Source: Chiloscyllium plagiosum
Lineage: Eukaryota
Direction: 5' to 3'
NCBI RefSeq assembly: GCF_004010195.1
Contig: NC_057750.1
Span: 5,668,595 to 5,728,355 of the forward strand
Length of the DNA: 59,761 nucleotides
Position 1 is the first letter of the stretch, and every line of letters begins with the position of its first letter. Shown here one piece after another: positions 26,003 through 37,900 of the stretch. A program made the position numbers and the translations under genes. The notes under the pieces were generated by a model. It saw only the letters and a program-made list of their open reading frames with translations. It was not told the DNA's origin and made no database searches.

Positions 26003-26379
26003 TAAAAACTCCATTTTGATTTAGTCCCACTCACCTTTGATGGTATGTATTGCCATAATGGGGCATTATTGCTTTTAAATGTTCAATGTATGGAATGATC
26101 TGCGAGAGGAGTTGGTGAAGGTTGTTACAATTACAACATTTAAAGTGTCTGGATAGGTACATAAATGGAAAGAGTTTAGAGAGATATAGGCCAAATGCTA
26201 GCAAATGTAACTAGATTAATTTAAGATACTTGGTTGGCAAGTACGAGTCAGACCAAAGGGTCTGTTTCCGGGCTGTATGACTCTAATTGGTCACCATGGT
26301 GGTAGTTAAAAGCCGGGGAATAAAGAAACGAGAAGAAAAAAGTTCACAGTGATATTAGTGGTGGGCAAGTCATTTAGTT

Positions 26380-26692
26380 GGGTGGCTCAGTGGTTAGTAC
26401 TGCTCCCGCACAGCGCCAGGGACCCGGGTTCGATTCCAGCCTAAGGCAACTCTCTGTGTGGAGTTTGCACATTCTCCCTGTGTCTACATGGGTTTCCTCC
26501 AGGTGCTCCGGTTTCCTCCCACAGCTCAACGATGTGCAGGTTAGGTGAATTGGTTATGGGAAATTGCCCTGTGGTGTCCAGGGTGGATTAGTCATGGGGA
26601 AATGCAGGGTTACACGGATGAGACAGAGTGGGATGCTGGTCTGTGCGGACTCATTGGGCCGAATGGCATGCTTTCCACAGTGTAAGGATTCT
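26380..26692 (+). mobile_element. HE1-like V-SINE
   Basis: tRNA head, V-domain, variant tail. Confidence 0.8.
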
Positions 26693-27218
26693 ATACTTTA
26701 AAGAAAAGAACAAAACTAAGTGGGTAACAACCTGGCCAGTGACAATTTAAAAAAGAATCATACCATGAAGGAATAAAGAGAAGGACCTTGCCCCTCACCC
26801 AGGACAAACACAGGCAGAGGTTCGGGGGAGGGGTGGGAGGTAAACCTTAGACGTGGGGCAAAGCCCTCTCCTCCATTTCTCTCTCCATTTGCAGCCTTGG
26901 GGGGTGGGTGCGGATGGGTTGAGGTTGAGGCTGAGCCACCCACCTCAGGCCCTGACCACCGGACACTCGGTTGGTCTCCCCCAACCCATGCCTGCTCAGG
27001 AACAAACAAAATAAATGCCACAGTTCGTAGCTTTTTTTGAAAATAAGAAAAGTCCCCTCAGGCTGGGAGGAGGAAGTGAATATTCAAATCATAACATCTG
27101 CAGCTCCAGGAGCTTCTGCTTTTGCTCAGCGGCCGCCCCATCCACTAAGTCCTGCCCCTTCCCCCTTCCCCCAGTCACATCAGGGGCCTCGCTGACATTT
27201 TGTTAGGAGGAAGGGGTA

Positions 27219-28140
27219 ACGGTGGGGTCTGGGATTGCCACGGTTGCAGGCCCATGGGGTGCCCGGGATTGCCATGGTTACAGGCCCATGGAGGGGGTCC
27301 AGGATTGCCATGGTTACAGGGCCCATAGGTGGGGTCTGGGATTGACATGGTTACAGGGCCCATAGGTGGGGTCTGGGATTGACATGGTTACAGGCCCATG
27401 GGGTGCCCGGGATTGCCATGGTTACAGGCCCATGGAGGGGGTCCAGGATTGCCATGGTTACAGGGCCCATAGGTGGGGTCTGGGATTGACATGGTTACAG
27501 GCCCATAGGTGGGTCCGGGATTGCCATGGTTACAGGCCCATGGGTGGGTCCGGGATTGCCATGGTTACAGGCCCATGGNNNNNNNNNNNNNNNNNNNNNN
27601 NNNNNNNNNNNNNNNNNNNNNNNNNNNNNNNNNNNNNNNNNNNNNNNNNNNNNNNNNNNNNNNNNNNNNNNNNNNNNNNNNNNNNNNNNNNNNNNNNNNN
27701 NNNNNNNNNNNNNNNNNNNNNNNNNNNNNNNNNNNNNNNNNNNNNNNNNNNNNNNNNNNNNNNNNNNNNNNNNNNNNNNNNNNNNNNNNNNNNNNNNNNN
27801 NNNNNNNNNNNNNNNNNNNNNNNNNNNNNNNNNNNNNNNNNNNNNNNNNNNNNNNNNNNNNNNNNNNNNNNNNNNNNNNNNNNNNNNNNNNNNNNNNNNN
27901 NNNNNNNNNNNNNNNNNNNNNNNNNNNNNNNNNNNNNNNNNNNNNNNNNNNNNNNNNNNNNNNNNNNNNNNNNNNNNNNNNNNNNGTAACAGCCCCATGT
28001 AGGGGTGGGGTCCGGGATTGCCTTGGTAACAGGCCCATGGGGGGGGGGGAATCTAGGATTGCCATGGTAACGGGGGGGGAGGTCCCGGGATTGCCATGGT
28101 TACGCGCTGTTTGTGGGTCCGGGAACTGCCATGGTAACGC
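27219..28140. repeat. GC-rich minisatellite, ~34-37-bp unit with core GGGATTGCCATGGTTACAGGCCCAT, spanning an assembly gap
   Basis: About 10 copies before and 4-5 decaying copies after the N run. Confidence 0.95.
27579..27985. other. Assembly gap (407 N) inside minisatellite
   Basis: Run of N. Confidence 0.99.
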
Positions 28141-31100
28141 GCCTTGGGGTAGAGTCCGCCAGCGACATCGGGGAGGTGGGTGAACGGAGAAGGTGGCGTG
28201 AGGCGGGCGGACTGGAACCTTGTTCGCAGCCGGTGTCCTCCGCCCAGTTTGTGGGTGGGTGGGGGTGTGGTGTGTCCGCCTCTGGTGGGGGGGGGGGAAG
28301 GCCGGCATCTGAAGGGCCCCGCCTCTGGTCTCCTTGTGGCTGCCTCTCACCTGCACCACAAACCTGCACCAACCGGTATTTGGCAGCCACGCCCTTAACC
28401 TTGGGGATGCCTGGAGCTGGGCCAGGACAGTCAGACAAGATGATAATCTAAACACGTTTGATTTGAGGAAGCTTTGCAATGGGTTCAGGGAGGGCACTGC
28501 GCTCTCTGTGTGCCATTCTAGTTCCTTCTAGCTGCACCTAGAGACACCACACACTCACACACATTCTGTTCCTCACACCACCCCTCTCAGATTTAAAAAA
28601 AAATAATCAACCTTTGCTCCACACTGCCCTCCAACCCCTTCCCCTGGCTCCATGGGATCTCCTCCCTTCCCCTTCAGCCTCCACACAGGGGCTGGCCTTG
28701 GATCACTGCCAGCCTCTGAGTCATAAGGCCATGGGATCAGGCCTAAGGCCTGAAAACTCCCCGTGCCCCATACTGAGGGAGTGCTGCACTGTTGGAAACA
28801 GTGCCTTTCGGATGAGGTGAAGGTGGTTAAACCGAGCAGCCCTCCCCCACCCCACAAAACTGTGCCCTCCTCCCTCTTATGTGGATTCCCTGCATGAAGA
28901 AAAGCTGGGGAGATTCCGACCCCCGGTCCCAATATACTGGGCCAATATTTGTCCCTCTTAAAAAAATACACATGTTCTGGTCATTGTTTCTGTGTGGTTT
29001 TGGGATCTTGCTGTGTGCCAGTTTGTTGCTGTTATGTTTCCTAGTGGCTACACTCAGAAAAAGTACTCTGTTGACTATAAAATGCTTCAGGGTGTCCTAA
29101 GATTGTCAAAACAGTAACTCTCCTTTTGTTTTAAATCCGAGCTTCAAGTCAATCTTCCCTTCTGTCATCTGTGCCGGTGCTGACTTTTCACCCGATGTTT
29201 ACAGTGAAAGAAAGGACAAAGTTCAGGATCCTGTGGACTGCCTTGGTCTAGAATGGCTTTTTTTTAATTGTGCGTTCACAGAATGTATACGTCACTGGCT
29301 GGGCCAGCTTCTGTTGCCCATTCCTGACTGTTCCTTGAGGGGTAGTACTGAGCCACCTTCTTGAGTTGCTGTAGTCCGTGTTGTATAGAGTTACCCACAT
29401 TGCTGTTAGGGAGGGAATTCCAGGATTTTGACCCAGTGACATTAAAGGAACAAAGATCTTTTCCAAGTTGGGATGGTGAGTTACGGCTATGTGCTCTGTA
29501 GTTGGTGATGTATTGCAACACTGAGCAATTCCACTGTGTTCCCACTCTTGGGACCTGAAGCTTGTCAAGGTCTTTCAGGTCATTTTAAAGTTTAGGAGTC
29601 ATCCTTTCCAAACCTCTTTGCTTCCACACCCCTTCCCTACCCCAAATACTGACAATACGCCTCTTCTCATTTAAGACTTGTTTTAAAATCTACCAAAACC
29701 TTTCACCACCTCTCATACTTTGAGGCAGTATCACCATTGCACCCAGACATACTTCGTTAATGCAGCTTAAGTTGCTGCTGAATCATTGAGTTTCTCAGGT
29801 TGGTTCCCACTTGAGTCATGAGAAGCAAAGGAGGAATTGTAGTCCTACAGTAGGCCCCACGTTTATAGATGGGTTGGGTGGAGTGATGGTTTGCACAGGG
29901 TGATGTTTGAAAAGTAATCCATCATCACAGTCTTCATGACACTCCACCCAGAACAATGTTATGTTTTAATTTCATGTTTCCTTCAAGATTTTAACATTTG
30001 TGTTAGTGTCGCCATCTAATTTGGTTTAATTTGTATGATTGGCTTAATCAAAATAGTATAAAAGGAAAACAGGTGGGACTGGTGTTTCCAAGGAGTATAG
30101 CCTAAGTAGAAGGACCTGATGTGGTGCAGTGGTAGCATCCCTACTCCCTGGACTGGGAGGCCTGAGTTCAGGTCCCACCTGCTCCTGAGTTGTGTAATAA
30201 CAAGTCTGAACAGATTGATTAGAAAAATAGGTTAGCATAAAAAAATTAAACTGAGCAGACCTCCAATTCCATTTTGATTTAGCCCCTTTCTGCGTGTCTA
30301 CTAACCTCCCTTCACTTTTGATTATTCATATTGTAGTAATGGGCTTTCCTTGTGAATATCTAATTGGTTACACAAGTGTTTTACTGATGAAGGTGACTGT
30401 TTGGAAACAAAAGCAAAAATAACAAGAGTCACGGTGATTTTGGTGGTGGGAAGTTCACGCAGTTGTGTGCAATAGCACCTCTTGGAAATAAAGAAAAGTA
30501 AGATTAGTTAAGGTTTTATGGTATGGTGTCCTATCCTATGGGCCAGGAGGCCTGGGTTCAAGTCCCATGTTGCTGAGGTGTGTAATAACATCTCCCAACA
30601 GGTTGATCAACAGGAAAAAAAAACAATAGAGGGCTCTACTGGTATTCTGTAATAACTTAGGAAGCCCGAATGAAAAGGAACATCATTTATAAAAGAAAGG
30701 TGTTTTGTTTTCTATCTCACCGTCTGGCTTGGATTCAAATTGGCAGTCACCTACTGTGACATAATGACTCTCTCAATGAGATGATCTATTGGCTATGAAC
30801 ACTTATGCTCACCCTGAGCTTAAATGTCCCATCTTGAGTATATACTGAGTCAGAAGATTTGTGAGTTCAGCCACAGAAATGAAATGTTTGTGTGACGTCC
30901 CAAGACCATGATCTATAATAAAAGCAAAATACCGTAGGTGCTAGAGATCTGAAACAAACACAAATTGTTGGAGAAACTCAGCAGGTCTAACAGCATCTGT
31001 GGAGAGAGACACAGAGTTAACACTTATCGTTCTGAAGAAGATTCTTATCAAACTCAGATTGTATGAGTCCCACTCCAAACTTGAGCTCAGAAATCTAGAC

Positions 31101-31679
31101 TGTCAGTCTCCCACATGTAATATCAGAGCTGCATTTTGGGTGAGGTGTTAAACTGAGGCCCCAGCTGTCCTTAGGTGGATCCCTTGGCCAGTATTTTGAA
31201 GTGTTCTCCCCAGTGCCTTAGCCATTGTTTATCCCTCAATCAACATCATAAAAACAGATTATCCATTTGTTTTCAAGTTAGTGTTGTCAGATCTTTTGCT
31301 GTGTTCGGATTGGTTGCAGCATTTCCTGCATTACAGCAGTGCGGACACTTCAAACAAATAACTAACTGACCATAAAGCAATGTTGGTGGTTGTGTAAAGT
31401 GCTATATAAATGCAAATCTTTACTTGCTATGGGGGATTAAAACATACAGGTACAACCCAAGCCACACAGGTTCTGATGCACCCCATACGGAGCACACAGA
31501 TGCTATCTTCAGTCCTCACATCTGGGCTGATCCCTAGGGGGTGAAGAGCAGGCTGTTATAATTTGCCCAAAAGTGACGGTGTTTGGCCATGCTGCGATGG
31601 CTCCCATGGCCGAATGGCCACTCTGTGGGGGCGGGATGTGGGAAAGGCTGAAGCTTGACCAGCTCCCAATGCAGTGCGA

Positions 31680-32220
31680 CTGCCTGCCATTGGAAGCGGG
31701 GAATAAAGACTCTCGTCCACATTTCACTGCCTGTCTAGAGTTACACGCCACTGTGGTTGCCTCTGGTAACCAGCCTGGCTGTAATCTCTCCCGACACAGG
31801 CCTGGAGCCACACCACCGTGCAATTTGAAGCACTCAGTGGAGCTTTTGTTAATTTGCATATTAACATATGTCTCCAAATCCCCGAGGTGTTGTCTGTTCA
31901 TTAATATTCCTCCCGTTCCCAATCCCGGGACAGTTCCCTGTGGAGTCTCCTGTGCATCTCTGAAATTAACATTTGCGGGTGTGGGATGGGGACGGGAGGG
32001 GGTCTGGGGAATGGGAGAGAGAATTTGCATTTTTTAATTAGTCTGGATAATTATTATTTGCTGAATATTCATTCGACTGACTGCCTGCGGAACCATCTCA
32101 TCCAGGACGCGGTAGAAAATATCCTTACCCCACAGCACTTTGCAGGATTAGGAAGATGCACCTGTGTCAGGTCCAGTGAGACCCACTGCGGAAAAAAACA
32201 CAAAAAGAAAAAATGATTAA
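31680..32220. promoter_or_regulatory. Candidate intronic enhancer (RUNX, RFX X-box, two octamers)
   Basis: Island with no repeat I recognise; TGTGGTT 31752-31758 overlapping GTTGCC-TCT-GGTAAC 31756-31770; ATTTGCAT at 31852-31859 and 32023-32030. Motif evidence only. Confidence 0.3.
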
Positions 32221-32273
32221 CCCCCCACAAACCGTGATGGGGTATTTGTTTTCTTTCTGATGAGCATAGTAGA

Positions 32274-32500
32274 TGTCAGAGGCAGGTTCTTTGCTCAGAG
32301 TGGTAAGGACGTGGAATGCCCTGCCTGCTAATGTAGTTAACTCAGCCACATTAGCGGCATTTAAACAGTCCTTCGATAAGCACATGGATGATGATGGGAT
32401 AGTGTAGGGGGATGGGCTTAGATTAGTTCACAGGTCGGCGTAACATCGAGGGCCGAAGGGCCTGTTCTGCACTGCAATGTTCTATGTTCTACGTTCTATC
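32274..32500 (+). mobile_element. CR1-like LINE 3' end (second family)
   Basis: TTCTTTGCTCAGAGTGG..TGGAATGCCCTGCC..GGGCCGAAGGGCCTGTTCTG..(TTCTATG)n tail; relative at 57948-58203. Confidence 0.75.
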
Positions 32501-33039
32501 TGTTACACGGGAGCTCTGCCTGATGTTTTCACCCCAGGAGCTATTCTGCAACAGTACAGAGTTGGAGTAGGTCTGCTGTCAAAAGTTTGAATCTTGGTTG
32601 AATAATGTTTTGTTCCCCGATTGCCCCTTATCGCCAACTGCATCCTCGGGCCTGTTGTTTCCTCCTGTTCTTAGCTGATGCTTGGAAAGAAATACCTGCA
32701 TTTAAATAGCACCGATTGCGAACCCCCCACCCCCCACCACAAGATGCCTCAAAGCTCCCTGCAGGTCACTTTCCTTCACTGGCCTGTTCAGAGATGTTAT
32801 TACACATCCTTTGGAGCAGGTGGGACTTGAACCCAGGTCTCCTGGCCCAGAGATAGGGGCACCATCGATGTACTGCAAACGTCTCTTTGCACATTTTTTG
32901 AAGGGCTGGTCACTATGGTATTGTAGAACGTTGCAGCAGCTGCACTGAGGTAATGACCCAGATAATCAGTTACTAACAGTTGTAGAATCGCTCCAGTGCA
33001 AATGTGGGGGGCAGGGGAATTTGGCCCATCGTGTTTAAA

Positions 33040-33540
33040 GTCATAGAGATGTACAGCATGGAAGCAGACCCTTCAGTCCAACTGTCCCTGCTAACTAGAT
33101 ATCCTAAATTAATCTAGTCCTATTTCCCAGCTTTTGGCCCAAATCCCTCCAAGCCTTACCTATTGATGTACCCATCCAGATACCTTTTAAATATTGTATT
33201 TGTACCAGCCTCCACCACTTCCCCTGGCAGCTCATTCCATATATGCACCACCCTATGTATGAAAAAGTTGCCCTTCAGGTCCCTTTTAAATCTTTCCCCT
33301 CTCATTTTAAATCTATTCCCTTTCGTTTTTGGACTCCCCTACCCTGAAAAAAAGACCTTGGCCATTCATTCTATCCATTCCCCTCATGATTTTATAAACC
33401 CCTGTAAGGTGACCCCTCAGCCTCCGACATCCCTAGCCTATTCAGCCTCTCTCTATAGCTCAAACCCTTCAACCCGGCAACACCCTTGTAAATCTTTGCT
33501 GTGCCCTTCCAAGTTTAACAACATCTTTCCTACAGCAGGA
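33040..33540 (-). mobile_element. CR1/HER1-like LINE 3' fragment
   Basis: Reverse complement of the 21030-21496 segment. Confidence 0.85.
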
Positions 33541-33654
33541 TATAGCCCCAGCTTTCTGAATGAGGATTTCACTCAGTGCCGTTCTCTTGCCCTATAACCC
33601 TGCATTTTCTTCTTTCTCAGATAACAGTCTAATTTTGTTTTGCAGAAACTGCAG

Positions 33655-33874
33655 AGAAAGTGAGGACTGCAGATGTTGGAGAGTCAGAGTTGTAAAAGGT
33701 GGCGCTGGAAATGCACAGCAGGTCAGGCAGCAGCCGAGGAGCAGGAGAGTTGACGTTTCGGACATAAGCCCTTCATTAGGAACCCTGAAGAAGGGCTTAT
33801 GCCCGAAACATCGACTCTCCTGCTCCTCGGATGCTGCCTGACCTGCTGTGCTTTTCCAGCGCCACCCTTTCGAC
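33655..33874. mobile_element. Palindromic Penelope-like element (family A)
   Basis: Inverted arms around CCCTTCATTAGGAACCCTGAAGAAGGG. Confidence 0.72.
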
Positions 33875-34509
33875 ATAGAATCTGTACTGCCTTAAATGGC
33901 GTCGTTTTGTTAATTAGTACCAATTCTTAGTATCCGGTGGATGACACACATTTTACAATAGCTTTCAAGAGGGAAATGGAGAAATTTTCAGGGCTTTGGG
34001 GCAAGAGCTATGTGGAAAAAGATGAATTAGATAGCCCTTTCCAAGGGCCAGTACAGGCACAATGGGCAGGCCATCCTCTGTGGAGTCTTTCCAGGGAAAA
34101 GGAGGCTGATGAACATCTGAAAATGAAGGGTATAGTGTCAGGTAGGATGAAGATTAAGGGGGAGAACTAGGTGGAGCAGAAATGCCAATCTGGGTGAATT
34201 TGCAGGGAGTTACACTGTACAGGATGCCATTCAGTCTTTGTGCCTGTACCAGCTCTCTGCAAGAGCACAAAATCTTGTGCTGCTCACCTGCACTTTCCCC
34301 TGCAGACTTCCAAATATTTTTTTCTTTGCATAATCAGATTCCCCTCCTGTAGCCTTGAAATACCCTACCACTTCCACACTCCAGGCAGAGTATTCCAAAT
34401 CCCTACCCACTCACTGCGTAGAAATGTTTTTCCTCATCTTGCCCAAGCTACTTTTGCCGAATCACCATAAGTAGGTAGGCCAAGGCCTCTGTTCTGTGCA
34501 GTAACTTCG

Positions 34510-34918
34510 AAGGTAAATAGGCTGGAGCTGTTTTCCCTGGAGCGTTAGGCTGAGGGATGACCTTATAGAGGGGCATGGATAGGGTAAATAGACAAAGTCT
34601 TTTCCTTGGGGTGAGGGAGTCCAGAACTACAGGGCATAGGTTTAAGGGGAGAGGGGGGAAGATTTTAAAAGAAACTTAAGGGGCAACCTTTTTTATGCAG
34701 AAGGTGGTGCACGTATAGAACGAGCTGCCAGAGGAAGTGGTGGAGGCTTATACAATTACAACATTTAAAAGGCACCTGGATGGGTATATGCATAGAAAGG
34801 GTTTAGGGGGATATGGGCCAAGTGCTGGCAAATGGGATTAGATTAATTAAGGATATCTGGTCGGCATGGACGAACTGGACCAAAGGGTCTGTTTCCGTTG
34901 TGTACATCTCTGACTCTA
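34510..34918 (+). mobile_element. CR1/HER1-like LINE 3' fragment
   Basis: Same family 3' end, with deletions. Confidence 0.82.
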
Positions 34919-35907
34919 AATTTGGGTTGACCACTTTCAGTGGCGACAACATCCATGGACTAGAGGGAGCCTCAGCTACTTCTACACAGACCTTGGAAGC
35001 TATAATTAAACATTTGTGACAAACGTGTGACAGTCAGAAGTTAATTTATTTAGGCAGGAAGTGGATGCAGATGTAATGTATTAATAGATGTATCAAATAT
35101 TATGTAAGGCAAACAACAACAAGCTGCATTTGTGTAGCTCCTTATCTGTAATATCTCCTGAGACGAGGCATGTGAGTGTCATCAAATAATGTGACTCCGA
35201 GCTGCAAACAGACATGGCAGGAACTGTGACCACACAACTGGTTAAAACTTGAGCTTTGTAAGGAAGGAGAAGTTTGGGGAGGGAATTTCAGAGCTGGCAG
35301 GTTCAGACAACTAAAGTCACGATTGTTACAGGTTAAAATCGGCTGCTGCTAGAATTGGAGGATCGGAGATCTTTATTTATTCTTTCACAGGATATGGGTG
35401 TGCTTGTTGCCCATCCCTAATTGCCCTTGCTCGAGATGGCTCTATGTTTCTGAGGGCAAGTTAAGAGTCAATCACATTGCTGTGAGTTTGGAGTCACATG
35501 TAGGCCCAGACTATGTAAAGATGGCAGATTTCCTTCCTATTATTGAACTCTATGAGCTTTTACAATAATTGATGATAGTTGTCAATGTCTCCCTCATTTT
35601 GTCAAGCTCACCTTTCCAGGTTTTATTAATTGAATTTAGACTCTACCAGCGACCATGCTGGAATTTGAATCCCTGCCTCCAGAATATTAGCATTACTAAT
35701 TGGATGACTGGTCCAGTACCATTACCAGTACACCACCATCTACCTGCATGGAAATAAGGAGGTGGGCAGAGGCATTGGGAAACAAGGATAAGATTTTGGA
35801 ATGTGTTGGGGGGGGGGGGGGGGGGTCGCTGGAATGGGAACTGATGCAGATCAGAGCAGCTGAGTACAGAGGGTCAGAGCGAGTTAAACTGATGTCCTCT
35901 GATTTAA

Positions 35908-36112
35908 AAAAAAACAAAGAACTGCAGTTGCTGGAAATCAGAAATTGCTGGAGAAACTCAGCAGGTCCGGCAGCATCTGTGCAGTGAAAGCAGCGTTGAC
36001 GTTTCAGTTCTGAAGAAGGGTCACTGGGCCTGCAAACGGTAACGCTGCTTTCTCCCCACAGATGTTGCCAGACCTGCTGGGTTTTTTCCAGCAATTTTTG
36101 ATTTTGTTTCTG
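35908..36112. mobile_element. Palindromic Penelope-like element (older variant)
   Basis: TTGCTGGAGAAACTCAGCAGGTC.GGCAGCATCTGT / ACAGATGTTGCCAGACCTGCTGGG.TTTTCCAGCAA arms; central CTGAAGAAGGGTC; relatives at ~30920-31060, ~36300-36410, ~51420-51550. Confidence 0.6.
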
Positions 36113-36446
36113 ATGCCCTCCGACCGTTTGTCCTAAGTTAGATTGCAATTAGATTTGCCACAACCGAGCTTTCAAGAAGCAACTGCAGGGAATGTCAAAT
36201 TCCAATGCTTGCTTTGTCTTTAGATCCAAAGACTGTACAGAGCTGCCTTAGTACCTGTGTAGGTACCTCAAGATAATTTATGAACAAAGTATATTTTTAA
36301 AATAACAAAAACTAGGCTCTGAAGAAAATTGGGTTGGAAAGGTCAACTCTGTTTCTCTCTTCACAGATGCTACCACATTTGTTGAGTTTCTCCAGCACAT
36401 TCTGATTTTTTTATTTATTACTGTTGGTGTCTCTTTGCTTTCACAG

Positions 36447-37300
36447 ATGAGTTGGAACCTGCATATTATGTCTGCACCTCCTGTGAGGAGCCCTTTTCCA
36501 GTGCTAGGGTCCTGCTGCACCATGCACAGTACACCCACGGCCTGCAGATCTACCTGGAACTGGATGATTCGGAGAGGACGGGGATCCCTCCATCGCCCGG
36601 GGAGGAGCAGGCCGCTCCATCCGCCTCCATGCTCGAGGGGAGCCCCTTCGAGGAGCCACGGTGCCCCGAGTCCTCAGTGCGTGGGCCCCGCTCCCCGGCC
36701 AACTCGCTGCTCTTCGGCCCATCGGCCCTGGGTCCGCCGGAGTACAGCGACAGCGGCTCTGAGGAGGCCATCTCCCGCCACCGTGCCACCGAGCGGACCT
36801 TCCCTATGAGGATGCCGGCGAAGGCAATGGACTTTTCCCGGAGGCTGCGCAAGCTGGCGGCGGGAGGCTTGGGGCCTGGCGCAGGAGGCCGACCGGCCTT
36901 CCTCTCGGGTCTGGCTCCGTCTCCACCGCCCGCTTCCTCCTCCTCCTCCAGGCCCCACGGCCGCAGCAAGGAGTGTGAGTTCTGCGGCAAGAGCTTCAAG
37001 TTCCCCAGCAACCTGGTGGTGCACCGGAGGAGCCACACCGGCGAGAAGCCGTACCGGTGCCCCTTCTGCGACCATGCCTGCAGCCAGTCCAGCAAGCTCA
37101 AGCGCCACATGAAGACGCACATCAACCACGCCGGCATCCTCAACGGCTGGGCCGCAGCTCTGCCTGATGGCCCCCTCTTGGAGGATGGCTACCGACACCG
37201 GGCCTACCAGGCACCGGGCCTGGAGAATGGCATGGCTGAGGACGGCGACGAACACATCGCCACCGACTACCCAGCTCTCAGCACTGAGCATGACATAAAG
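36447..37300 (+). CDS. BCL11-family gene, coding exon with ZF1 and ZF2-ZF3
   Basis: [46 protein letters not shown] and [49 protein letters not shown] all match BCL11A/B blocks; acceptor CTTTGCTTTCACAG at 36446 (phase 1), donor AAG|GTGAGG at 37301 (phase 0). Confidence 0.95.
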
Positions 37301-37900
37301 GTGAGGTCCGGCAAGTTACTCGTCCTTCAGCTTCCCTCCCCTCAGCACCCAGTACAGGAGGAGGCCATTCGCCCCATCATACTTTTTGGAAGTACAATCC
37401 AACTCCTTTTCCCCTCCCATCTTTTCCCATCACCCTGCAATGTTACTTCCTCAAGTCAATAAACGTAAGCCTGAGCAAGTTACTCACTCTTCTGTTTCCC
37501 TCCCTTCGCATTCCATCACATGCGAAGGCCATTCATCCCAAGGTGCTCTTTGAAAGAGTCATGCAGCTCCTAGCCTCCTTGCGTCAAATTAATCGTGACC
37601 TAAACATGAGCCCTGGCAAGGCCACCAGCTTACACCGCCCCCCCCCCCAGCCCAAGACAACATGTGAGCAGGCCATTCGCCCCATTGTGCTCTATCCAAA
37701 TCTTTCTCCTGCAGCCCTATAATATTTCCTGTGCAAGTCACTCTTGACCTAAAGGTGAGCTCTGGCAAGTTACTCACTCTCCAATTTCCATCTCTCAGGA
37801 GCCAGCACAAGAGAAGGCCATTCGCCCCATTGTGTGATCCAACTCCTTTCACCTCCACCCTGCTGTTTTCCCACAGCCCTGCAATATTGCCTCCTCAACT
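37291..37900 (+). repeat. Degenerate tandem array, 4 units of ~140-165 bp, beginning at the exon 3' end and splice donor
   Basis: Units start ~37291, ~37455, 37596 and 37745, sharing TGAC.TAAA(G/C)..GCAAG(TTACTC) and AGGCCATTC(GCCCCAT). Confidence 0.75.

Noticed and set aside
27219..28140. CRISPR-like array
   Set aside because: Eukaryotic context, no unique spacers, no cas genes; it is a minisatellite.
27366..28497. ORFs across the second gap
   Set aside because: Products of the repeat, the Ns and high GC.
35808..35825. Long G/C homopolymers (also ~2524, 4715, 10806, 16257, 59058)
   Set aside because: Scattered, with no shared context; likely slippage or sequencing effects.
36550..37291. 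Antisense ORFs of ~200 aa (also 40622-41245)
   Set aside because: Shadow ORFs of GC3-rich coding exons.
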